Assembly (NCBI GenBank): GCA_965228855.1
Contig: CBDDIJ010000002.1
Location: 2,112,001-2,176,000, forward strand
Length of the DNA stretch: 64,000 nt
From: Candidatus Obscuribacterales bacterium
GTDB lineage: Bacteria > Cyanobacteriota > Vampirovibrionia > Obscuribacterales > Obscuribacteraceae
Reading direction: 5' to 3'
Position numbers and translations under genes: made by a program. The notes under the pieces are model-generated. The model saw only the letters and a list, made by a program, of their open reading frames with translations. It searched no databases and was not told where the DNA came from. The number at the start of each line of letters is the position of its first letter. Position 1 is the stretch's first letter. Shown here in pieces: positions 38,090 through 46,681 of the stretch.

Positions 38090-39574
38090 ATGTCGAATAA
38101 CAGCACGCTGGAACTTCAGGATACTCGTGAGGTCCGCGCTACCGGGGAGAGCGCTCCCGTGCTGCATGCCGCAGATTATCAGGTTGGTGCGGTTGCTCTC
38201 AACCAAATTTCCGAGCGGACCACCAATGTCGAGTTGCCAGGGCTTACCATAACCGGTCTGGAGCAATCCAATAGCGCTGCTATTTCCGACCGTAGTGTCG
38301 CCGCCGAGGGCGCGACGGACGGCGCTTCCGACTTAGGGGTGGAGCGAGGCAATTTGCTTCGCGCTGCTCAAGAGCATCTCATACCCGAACAAATTGTCGT
38401 ACTCCGCTCCGACATGAATCGTCTGGAACAGCGACTGGGCGACCGTCCCGACGAAGTCGCCCAGACATACAAGCAGGTCGAGCGCCTTCTGCAGGCTGGA
38501 GCCGGTGCAACGCTCGCGCAGGGGGCACGTAATACCATCGCGCTCGATGTAATGCATCAAGCCGCAGAGCCGCGCAGCATTCAACAGGCTCTGCAGTCAT
38601 GCCCAGTGGCGTCACTGGAATCCCGTATCTACACTCGCCATCCGGCGTCAGCTGCTGAACTTGTGGCTGACGTGGCTACAGGCGGTGCATATCATGGACA
38701 GCAGATCGATCGCGACTCCGTTTCTTACTATCAGTACCCCGGTGCGCAGCCCGGCGACGATACCGTTCGGTCATATGCAAGTCAGGTTTTTCAGATAACC
38801 GCGGCAAATGTTTTCCAACAGCTTGAATCTGGAGCATCACCGACTACACGCCAATACATACTTACAGCTCCGTCTCCAGGCAGCATTCGCCGCGAGCTTT
38901 TGGTCGACCGAGAAACCAATACCGTAATTGCCGGCCACCCAGGCATAACGCTAAATGACAGCGAGGGTCTTCGGCGATTGAACAACGCCATTGTCGGAGT
39001 CGATGAGCCTGCTTTCGTCGTCACACTCGCTCAAAATCCGACCGAGCAAGATTTTCGCGTGTCACTGCAGCGGCTCGAAACCCAACAGAATTTTCCAGCT
39101 CTACTTGCGATCAGAGCTGACAGCGCGCTTGTAAATGGAACACCCGGCAATGTACCGTATCACTTTCTCGCTCTTGAGCAAGGCTCAGATCCCGAGCACG
39201 TCTTCATTAACAATCAGGTGAAGGGGCGAGCCGGCGATTTTGAGACTACCGTAGGAAATGCCTTCAACGCGATGCGATTGAATGATGACGTGGTCGACAA
39301 TGGCGCCTGGCGCAGAGCCGAGACCAATGCATTTCAGTCGTTCATCACGATGGCGCAAGAGGGACAGCTCAATCCTGAGATGTTGAAAAATCTGCAAAAT
39401 ACTTTGTACGAGTTCAAGCCAGAACATATCCGCGCTATCGAAGCCACGTATGAACAGCAATTTGATGGCGACCTGCCTTCGCTCTTGAGCGATGTCTTAA
39501 AGGTCAGCGATGAGCAGATGAAGCTACTCGGCTACGAACACAATTTCTTCAGCGGCTGGACTCATGCTGACTAA
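38090..39574 (+). CDS. Putative papain-like (C39-like) cysteine peptidase with C-terminal annexin-like repeat
   Basis: QQALQSC, YHFLAL and FINNQ as candidate Cys-His-Asn triad; EHIRAIEATYEQQFDGDL. Confidence 0.6.
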   Translation: MSNNSTLELQDTREVRATGESAPVLHAADYQVGAVALNQISERTTNVELPGLTITGLEQSNSAAISDRSVAAEGATDGASDLGVERGNLLRAAQEHLIPEQIVVLRSDMNRLEQRLGDRPDEVAQTYKQVERLLQAGAGATLAQGARNTIALDVMHQAAEPRSIQQALQSCPVASLESRIYTRHPASAAELVADVATGGAYHGQQIDRDSVSYYQYPGAQPGDDTVRSYASQVFQITAANVFQQLESGASPTTRQYILTAPSPGSIRRELLVDRETNTVIAGHPGITLNDSEGLRRLNNAIVGVDEPAFVVTLAQNPTEQDFRVSLQRLETQQNFPALLAIRADSALVNGTPGNVPYHFLALEQGSDPEHVFINNQVKGRAGDFETTVGNAFNAMRLNDDVVDNGAWRRAETNAFQSFITMAQEGQLNPEMLKNLQNTLYEFKPEHIRAIEATYEQQFDGDLPSLLSDVLKVSDEQMKLLGYEHNFFSGWTHAD

Positions 39575-41385
39575 GCTTTCTCCAGGCGAAACCAGAAAGT
39601 GCTGCCTTCGCCGACTGTCGATGTTGCACCGATTGCGCCACCATGCTGGGTGACGATACCTTTGCAGATACTCAATCCTAAGCCCGCCCCCTTGTTGTTT
39701 TCGGAGTCCGAGGCATAGACCTGTTCGAACTTTTCGAAGAGCCTGTCGATCTTATCTGCCGGAATTCCGCGACCCTGATCAGATACCCTCAATTCAATCT
39801 CTGTTGGACCGACTGGCACCGCGGATAGTTTCACTGTGGTGCCCTTTGCGGAAAACTTGACTGCGTTGGAAGTTAGGTTGACGATGACTTGGACGATTCT
39901 GCGTTTATCCGCTTTGATACTGAGTTTGCAGGGCTCACTCACGACCGAAACTCCACGCCTGCTCGCCCAGGAAACCGAAGAAAGTGCTTCCTCGAAAAGT
40001 GTGTTGACATCGATGGCTTCAATGTTCAAGGCTAATTTGCCGGAACTCATTTTCTCAAGGTCGAGGAAATCGTTTACCAGGTCGAGAACCTGATTGGTGC
40101 TATTTTGTGCTTTCGTAGCCATTTTTTGAGCGGTTCCTTCCAGTGCTCCAAACGTGCCTCCCTCGATCATATCGATGAATGCGGAGACCGCTGTCAGTGG
40201 ACTGCGAATATCGTGACTGATCATCTGTACCAGGTCTGCCTTCATTCGTTCAGCTTGTCGTTGTTCCGTCATATCGCGTGCGATGCAGAACAGGCTTTCC
40301 TCTTCGTCGGACCAGCGAACGGACCAGGTTGCTTCGCGAACTTTATTCTCGCCGTTAATATGGCTGAGATCGAACTTGGCAGTTCCGGAAGTTTTAATTA
40401 CCTTTTCAAACTGCTCTCTTGCGTACTCGCGTTTTTGCGGGGCGACTTGCATTAAAAGGCTCCCACCGAGCAATTCGTCTGGATCGACTCCGAACAGACT
40501 GTATGCGGCCGAATTTATTTTTATAACCTTCAATTGTGGTGTGAGACTGCATATGGTGTCAGCTGCATTCTCAATCAACGCCTGTTCTTTCTTTGCGGAC
40601 TCCTTCAGTGCAGCGGCCATGATGTGAAAGACTTCGTCAAGTGGCGCGAGTTCATCGCCAGGGCTCAGCTGTGGGTTGAGTTCAACATCGCTTGCCAGGC
40701 GAGTCGCATTGTCCTTTAAGATATCCAGCCGTCTACCTATCGTTCTTACAAAGATCGAAACGAATGCAATCGAGACAACAACTGTCATGGTTAGCATCGC
40801 TCCTAGTACCAGTTCGATGGTTTTTCTTAATTTCACCTCCTGCTGGGAGTTGTCCTCAAAGCGCTTCCTTTCGAGTTCTCCAATTCGGAGCAGGCGAACG
40901 AAAGTCGGATCGAAAAAGATGGTCTGCATCGAAACTTTAAATTGCTGGTTGCCCCTGGACACGCCGCCTTCCGCTTGTGCGCCATAGGATGATTTGACCT
41001 CAAAAATTCCGGCTTGAAGGCTTTTGAATCTCTTCTTAACCTGCTTGACCCAGCTTCGCTGCTCTTGATCCTCGTGCAGAAGTTCCGCAAGATCGTCTAT
41101 CTCGCTAACGACCTTGTCGTATTTATCGACAAGCTGGGGCATGTACCTTTCCCACTGCGGATTTTTGCTGTCCCCTGTCTGTTTGATTTCTACGGCAAGT
41201 GCGTATACGTGACTGATCACGTTATTGACTCCCTGATAAATCATGCGTGAATGTGCGGCCTTTTGATAGGCTGCTTCAGCTTGATTGAGCAGGTCAAACA
41301 TGACGAGAATGGCACAGAGTGATATTAGCGCTGGCACAAGAACCACCGCTAAACCAAATTGCTTTATGCTCCAAACTTTTTTCAA
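39571..41385 (-). CDS. Membrane PAS-domain sensor histidine kinase
   Basis: Two TM helices, HAMP-like linker, PAS, SHDIRSPL, NAVKFS, DQGRGIP, GLGLSIC. Confidence 0.95.
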   Translation of the reverse strand: MKKVWSIKQFGLAVVLVPALISLCAILVMFDLLNQAEAAYQKAAHSRMIYQGVNNVISHVYALAVEIKQTGDSKNPQWERYMPQLVDKYDKVVSEIDDLAELLHEDQEQRSWVKQVKKRFKSLQAGIFEVKSSYGAQAEGGVSRGNQQFKVSMQTIFFDPTFVRLLRIGELERKRFEDNSQQEVKLRKTIELVLGAMLTMTVVVSIAFVSIFVRTIGRRLDILKDNATRLASDVELNPQLSPGDELAPLDEVFHIMAAALKESAKKEQALIENAADTICSLTPQLKVIKINSAAYSLFGVDPDELLGGSLLMQVAPQKREYAREQFEKVIKTSGTAKFDLSHINGENKVREATWSVRWSDEEESLFCIARDMTEQRQAERMKADLVQMISHDIRSPLTAVSAFIDMIEGGTFGALEGTAQKMATKAQNSTNQVLDLVNDFLDLEKMSSGKLALNIEAIDVNTLFEEALSSVSWASRRGVSVVSEPCKLSIKADKRRIVQVIVNLTSNAVKFSAKGTTVKLSAVPVGPTEIELRVSDQGRGIPADKIDRLFEKFEQVYASDSENNKGAGLGLSICKGIVTQHGGAIGATSTVGEGSTFWFRLEKA

Positions 41386-41444
41386 TTATTTGCCGAAGGA
41401 AACTGCTTCGATTATTCCATGTTTCTTCAAGTCTGATTAGAAGG

Positions 41445-41482
41445 AAAAGGCGCTGACATTTGAGGGATGACTTGCCAGCGCC
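41445..41482 (-). terminator. Probable Rho-independent terminator after the 41518-41760 ORF
   Basis: Minus strand GGCGCTGGCAA...TGTCAGCGCC followed by TTTT. Confidence 0.55.
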
Positions 41483-41517
41483 CTGGTGGTCTCTGCTCTT
41501 GCGGTGGAAACTTCGAA

Positions 41518-41760
41518 CTATTTGTGTTTAAGGCTGAAGGAGCTTTCAGTAAGGCTCTTTTCGTACTGAATCTCGACCCCTGGTAAGCTCGCGTTTTTCT
41601 CGGCGGTGAGTTGCGACTGCATCTTTTTCATATGATCGATGCACCGATCGTCTTTTTGCCATCCTTCCTTTTGCAGTGCTGTTTCGGAGTGATTGTCGGC
41701 TCTGTTTTCCTTTACGAGATCTGACTTTGCTATCTGGGTATAACGTTCCATTTTCTTCAA
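41518..41760 (-). CDS. Small hypothetical protein
   Basis: GAGGA RBS, downstream terminator, LPGVEI motif. Confidence 0.5.
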   Translation of the reverse strand: MKKMERYTQIAKSDLVKENRADNHSETALQKEGWQKDDRCIDHMKKMQSQLTAEKNASLPGVEIQYEKSLTESSFSLKHK

Positions 41761-41855
41761 TCCTCATTTGTTGTATCTTTGTTTTTGCTTTAGCCGGTGC
41801 GCTTCCGTGCTGCTATTCAACTGCAGCGATATAACAGAACTATTGCAAAATCGAC

Positions 41856-42530
41856 ATGTCAAAAATTTTGTTCGTCGACGATGATGAAAACCTTCTAGCT
41901 ATGGTCGAGGCATTCTTCAAAACCGAAAAATACACGGTTGAGACCGCCAATTGCGTTGAGGATGCTGAAGATATCCTTGCTGTTTCGAAGTTCGATATCA
42001 TCGTTGTCGACTGGATGATGCCCGGAAAAAGCGGCTTGCAGCTTGTCCAGCAAATTCGCTCTCAGCGTGATCGAACACCGATAATTATGCTCACGGGCCA
42101 GGCTGCAATGGATGACAAGGAAGCCGGTCTTGATGGCGGTGCTGATGATTATCTGACTAAGCCATTTGCAATGCGCGAACTTGCCGTGCGTGTTCGTGCC
42201 CTGCTCAGGCGCGCAGCGCCCGAAGTCTCTCAGGTCTTGGTTGCCGGACAGATTAATCTCGATACCAAGACAAGGACCTGCACCGTAAATGGTGCGACCA
42301 TATCTTTACTGCCAAAGGAATATTCGCTTCTTGAGTTTCTTCTGAGACATCCGAACGAGACTTTTTCCAACGACGCGCTAATAGAGCGCGTCTGGAAGTC
42401 GGACACAGAGGCCACTGAAGCGGCGATTCGAACCTGCGTGATGCGGCTCCGGAAAAAACTGGCCGAGGCTGGCGATGCAGAGAACAGAATTCAAACCGTT
42501 GCGCGAGTCGGCTATCGACTGGAGCCCTGA
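41856..42530 (+). CDS. OmpR/PhoB-family response regulator
   Basis: VDDD, DWMMPGKSG, GADDYLTKPF, winged helix ending IQTVARVGY. Confidence 0.96.
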   Translation: MSKILFVDDDENLLAMVEAFFKTEKYTVETANCVEDAEDILAVSKFDIIVVDWMMPGKSGLQLVQQIRSQRDRTPIIMLTGQAAMDDKEAGLDGGADDYLTKPFAMRELAVRVRALLRRAAPEVSQVLVAGQINLDTKTRTCTVNGATISLLPKEYSLLEFLLRHPNETFSNDALIERVWKSDTEATEAAIRTCVMRLRKKLAEAGDAENRIQTVARVGYRLEP

Positions 42531-42567
42531 GAAGTGCGAGCACTCGAAGGCGACCACGCCAAAAAGT

Positions 42568-42593
42568 AAAAGAAGCGCCGAAGCGCTTCTTTT
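42568..42593. terminator. Bidirectional terminator
   Basis: AAAAGAAGCGC-CGAA-GCGCTTCTTTT between convergent genes. Confidence 0.85.
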
Positions 42594-42620
42594 CAGGAGG
42601 AATTAGGCCTCGTAAATGAG

Positions 42621-42824
42621 TTAGCTTCTCATTACTCGAGCCAAGTCTTCATACATTCCCGCTACTTGCGTAGTAATCTGCGAAGTGTGCGGATTCTCTT
42701 CAGAGTACTTCGTGAACTCGGCTGCTTTGAGTTCGAAGATGTTAACTAGGCGCTTTTGTAGCGCTTCGATGTGTTCGTTGCTGTTCAAGTAGACCGTCTT
42801 TTCTAGATGTGCGAGGGAAAGCAC
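42621..42824 (-). CDS. Small helical hypothetical protein
   Basis: 67-aa ORF ending next to the bidirectional terminator. Confidence 0.5.
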   Translation of the reverse strand: MLSLAHLEKTVYLNSNEHIEALQKRLVNIFELKAAEFTKYSEENPHTSQITTQVAGMYEDLARVMRS

Positions 42825-43279
42825 GGGCTGGAGCCCGCATGAAGTAATAAAGAACTATCGAGAAGCTGAATTAATTCTGTCTCAAAAGGATGTCAAGCTC
42901 AATAGGCCAGAGCAAAAAAATTTGAGTTTTCGACAACTTTTAAGGTAAGCAAGCCAAGGCTTTCCGACGACTTTCGAAAAGCGGTATCCAATTGGATATC
43001 ACTTTAGTGCTGAAAAACGATCGCTATGGATCGTTTTGGATAATTCACTGAAAAATTTCACGCTTGAGAGAGCACGATTTTTGAAACAGTCAAGATAAAC
43101 CTTGCGCCACGATTGCGGAAACCTGGCTGGAATGCAACTTTTAACGGTTCTGGTCAAAAACGAAATCGCACTCAATGTAATTTGCCGAGAGATTCGAAAC
43201 GGAAAAGATTGGAACCATATCTGGTGCCGTTTGCTTTTCACTGGTGCCGTCGCATCCGAAAACCCTTGGGGCACAATAC

Positions 43280-43309
43280 AAAAGAGGTTCCCGCTAACGA
43301 GAACCTCTT
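43280..43309 (-). terminator. Terminator of hup
   Basis: Minus strand AAGAGGTTCTCG-TTAG-CGGGAACCTCTTTT. Confidence 0.75.
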
Positions 43310-43367
43310 CTAATTCATACTAGCCGACGCGCAGAGAATTCTAGAATTCAGTCAACGCGAAGCGTTC

Positions 43368-43718
43368 TTACTTGCGCTTTTTAGCAGCTTTCTTCTTTGT
43401 GGCTTTGTTAGCGCCAGGAGCTTGCCATGTCTTCGGACGTGATTTTCCGTTGACGATGTCTTTAAGCTCTTGTCCAGCTCTGAACGCAGGCACTTTGCTC
43501 GCCGGAATTTTCAGCGGAGCGAGGGTGCGCGGATTGCGGCCAGTTCTGGCTTGGCGTGTGCGGCGCTCGAAAGTACCGAAGCCAACGAGGGTTACCTTAT
43601 CTCCTTTTTGTACTGCACCAGTTACGGTGTGAAGGAGAGCGCTAAGAGTAGCGCTTACTTGGGTCTTTGGTTGACCCGTCATTTCTGCGATCTCGCTGAT
43701 CAGCTCAGCACGGTTCAT
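43368..43718 (-). CDS. hup: HU DNA-binding protein with short Lys-rich tail
   Basis: MNRAELI, VTLVGFGTF, RTGRNPRT, PAFRAG; GGAGG RBS before ATG at 43718. Confidence 0.95.
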   Translation of the reverse strand: MNRAELISEIAEMTGQPKTQVSATLSALLHTVTGAVQKGDKVTLVGFGTFERRTRQARTGRNPRTLAPLKIPASKVPAFRAGQELKDIVNGKSRPKTWQAPGANKATKKKAAKKRK

Positions 43719-43937
43719 ACTGTTTCCTCCAATATAAAATCCACAGAGTGGGTTTCCAGCGATGAATGCTACCACCACTAGTTGGAGGAAGCAATACTGT
43801 TGATGCGGATTCCGTGAAAATTTAGTTTCTCAGATATACGGAAAGCCACGATCATATAGGGGTTTCGATAATCGTTTGGTTGTCAGGTTATGCGCTGACC
43901 TCAGTTGTCGCGCTAAAATTGAGAAAACGGAAAAACT

Positions 43938-45620
43938 ATGGAACGACTTTCCTGCTCGCATCAACCCACTTTTCGCCAACTCCTTACAACCGAGGCGATG
44001 GCAGAAGCGCACCTTGTGTGGGGTGATGATTTTGTTGATCGACCAGTTCTTCAGGTAGTCACACAGCTAGATCCCCCGCCTTCTCCGGGCAGTCTGGTTC
44101 TAACTACCCACGCCAATCTCGCTGCTCTGAGCGGTCCTCCTGTCGTGAAGGGATTCACCGGAGTTGTACTAATCACGGCTGTCGACGTCGAAAAAGATAA
44201 ACCGACCTCTGGTACTGGAAGTAGTGCCGAGCGCAATAATCTGGAATCGAGTGTCGCCGCGAAGCCCTTTGTTGCATCACATTTAGAAGATCCCGATGTT
44301 GAAAAACTTCTGTCGGTTTGTCGTGAGAGTGATGTGCCGCTTTTTGTGTTGCGCGGATTCGGCGACCACATGCAGATTATCGAAGATATCCGACTTGCGT
44401 TTATAAAGGAAACAAAAACGGCAAGTGCAAGAATGCAATCGATTCTGCTCAGCGTCGTTCTGGAAGAGGGTCTTGACGGTCTGATCGATCAGTTATCTAT
44501 ATGGTTGGATCGACCGGTTGCGATCGAAACTGCAGATTTCAAACTTCTCGCTGCCAGAGGAATGGGCTCCACACCTGTCAGGCAGCAAAAACAAGTCACT
44601 GACGAAGCGCTGGATACCTTAAATAGTTTGCGCGAACAGACGGAACACCAAACCGTATTCGATTCGTTTTTATATCCGCTGAAACTCGGTCGCCGTGTCA
44701 GTCTTCCTTTATTATATGCCGGTAGTACTATCGCCGGATATATCTCGGTCATGGTCAAACCGAGTGACAACGAGGAATGGTTGGTTTGGTATCTGCAACC
44801 TGCGGCTCTTGCGGCCATGGTCGATATCATTCACCGGCTGAAGGGAGACTTTGGTCTTTCGGTTGTCCAGAAAAACCTTTTGAAAGATTTGATCTCGGGA
44901 AGGCGGCTTTCCGCCACGGACGTTGAGCGTCTGGAAACACATTTTGGTTTTGATCTGGCTGATGGATTTTTTGTTTTCGTCACGCAGGTCATTCTGGACG
45001 ATGAAGACGAATCGCTCGAGCCGCGCTTTCCGGAGGAGCCTTTTATCGGCGTAGAAGTTGAGGAGACTCGTGTATACATCGTCCGATATAGGGATGATGA
45101 TCCAGCCACATGGCAAGAAGAAGCTGCTGAATTGATTACGAAGATCAAAGAAATCAATGGTCCCTGTCGAGTTCAACTTGGCTCCGCCAGGCGCGTTTCA
45201 TCGCTTATGGAATTACGCGAAGCCTATCGAGAGGCGCGTCAATCGCTAATCGTCGGATCGATGATGCACGGCGAAGGTGAGTTTCAAATTCATTATGGCG
45301 AGCTAGGGCTGAAGCGTCTTTTGTATCTCGTCATAGATCACCCGGAAGCCGATCGTTTCTACAAAGAGACGCTAGCGCTTTTGGAAGCGTACGACGAAGA
45401 ATGGGAGTCTGAACTCGTCGATACTCTCAAGGTTTACCTAGCTGAGGGCGCCAACTTGAACTCAGCGGCACGCGCGCTGTTTATTCACCGGCATACACTT
45501 CGATACCGTTTGGAGCAAATAGCGGATATTTTGAAGGTGGATATAGATTCGCAAGAGGTCTTGTTAAACCTCAATATCGCATTTTTGATTCGCGAGATGA
45601 AGGGACAACCGGAGAAGTAG
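43938..45620 (+). CDS. PucR/CdaR-family transcriptional regulator
   Basis: C-terminal LVDTLKVYL..GANLNSAARALFIHRHTLRYRLEQI HTH; GGDEF-like middle region. Confidence 0.88.
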   Translation: MERLSCSHQPTFRQLLTTEAMAEAHLVWGDDFVDRPVLQVVTQLDPPPSPGSLVLTTHANLAALSGPPVVKGFTGVVLITAVDVEKDKPTSGTGSSAERNNLESSVAAKPFVASHLEDPDVEKLLSVCRESDVPLFVLRGFGDHMQIIEDIRLAFIKETKTASARMQSILLSVVLEEGLDGLIDQLSIWLDRPVAIETADFKLLAARGMGSTPVRQQKQVTDEALDTLNSLREQTEHQTVFDSFLYPLKLGRRVSLPLLYAGSTIAGYISVMVKPSDNEEWLVWYLQPAALAAMVDIIHRLKGDFGLSVVQKNLLKDLISGRRLSATDVERLETHFGFDLADGFFVFVTQVILDDEDESLEPRFPEEPFIGVEVEETRVYIVRYRDDDPATWQEEAAELITKIKEINGPCRVQLGSARRVSSLMELREAYREARQSLIVGSMMHGEGEFQIHYGELGLKRLLYLVIDHPEADRFYKETLALLEAYDEEWESELVDTLKVYLAEGANLNSAARALFIHRHTLRYRLEQIADILKVDIDSQEVLLNLNIAFLIREMKGQPEK

Positions 45621-45642
45621 TGATACCGAAAACGGTGCTCAC

Positions 45643-46335
45643 TCAAGAATATGCAACCACGAATCGGGTGCCTGTATCCATCTCATCCATTACTTCGACC
45701 TTGTAGCCGCCCAAGATCCGGTTTAACTCCGAATTCTTGTAATAGCGCAGCATCATGCCTTTGCGATGTTTGTCCGTATAGACGTGAGTTTTATCAGCCA
45801 GCTCGAAATATTCACCTGGACCACCGCCTACTTTATCGAAGCATCCGATAAAAACTCCTCCTGGAATGAGGATGTGCTTGAGCCGCTTCAGCGTGATTTC
45901 AGCAACGTCCATGGGGAAGTGCTCGAAAATCGAGTTTGCGACCACTGCATCGAAGGCGCCATCGGGGTATGGCATATCGGCAATATCGCCGACATCGAAG
46001 TGGATATCGAGATCTTCTCTGCCCGCCCATTCACGTGCGAGCTTGATTGCATGGACTGAGATATCCAGACCGGTAACCTGGAAGCCCTGTCTGGCCAGAT
46101 ATACTGAAAGCCAACCTGTGCCGCAGCCAAGGTCTAGAATGTTTTTGGCCGACCGTTTTTTCAAGGTTTCCGGAATACTCGGCAGGTATGACAGGTCGGG
46201 AAGCTGCGTGTAAGCCGACTTCACAGGAGCCCAGGCACGTTCCCAGAAATCGAGATTTTCTCTGTATACGTCGGAATTTAGGAGCTCTTCAAGGCGCTCC
46301 ATCGCTGCCGGACTTAGTAGATCCTCATGTGACAT
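45643..46335 (-). CDS. Class I SAM-dependent methyltransferase
   Basis: ILDLGCGTG, GLDIS, FDAVV, LIPGG. Confidence 0.92.
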   Translation of the reverse strand: MSHEDLLSPAAMERLEELLNSDVYRENLDFWERAWAPVKSAYTQLPDLSYLPSIPETLKKRSAKNILDLGCGTGWLSVYLARQGFQVTGLDISVHAIKLAREWAGREDLDIHFDVGDIADMPYPDGAFDAVVANSIFEHFPMDVAEITLKRLKHILIPGGVFIGCFDKVGGGPGEYFELADKTHVYTDKHRKGMMLRYYKNSELNRILGGYKVEVMDEMDTGTRFVVAYS

Positions 46336-46681
46336 TGGTTTTCTCTGGGTCGCTGTGCGTTGTTTGATGTTTGCTTGAACCGAATTGGTTGCCAGGGCTG
46401 CTATTTGAGTTTCCAATGGTAGCACGGGATAAATATCAGTCTAGATGCGGCGCGGCGCACAATGCCTCGGTAGACAAGTGGCGAGAGCTCCAGTTTTACG
46501 CCCAATTTCCGTAATGCCCTGACTGTGCGGCTTTCGAGGGTGTGTTCGAATCTGCGTCCGCAAGAGTCACTCTTGACTTCGGGTAACACATTGTATACAT
46601 CAGGTTAGATCTTTAGGTCGGGTGGTATCTACTCTTTAAGGCGGGAATCACTATCTCAGACAGGGGACCAGGTTTAGGCTG

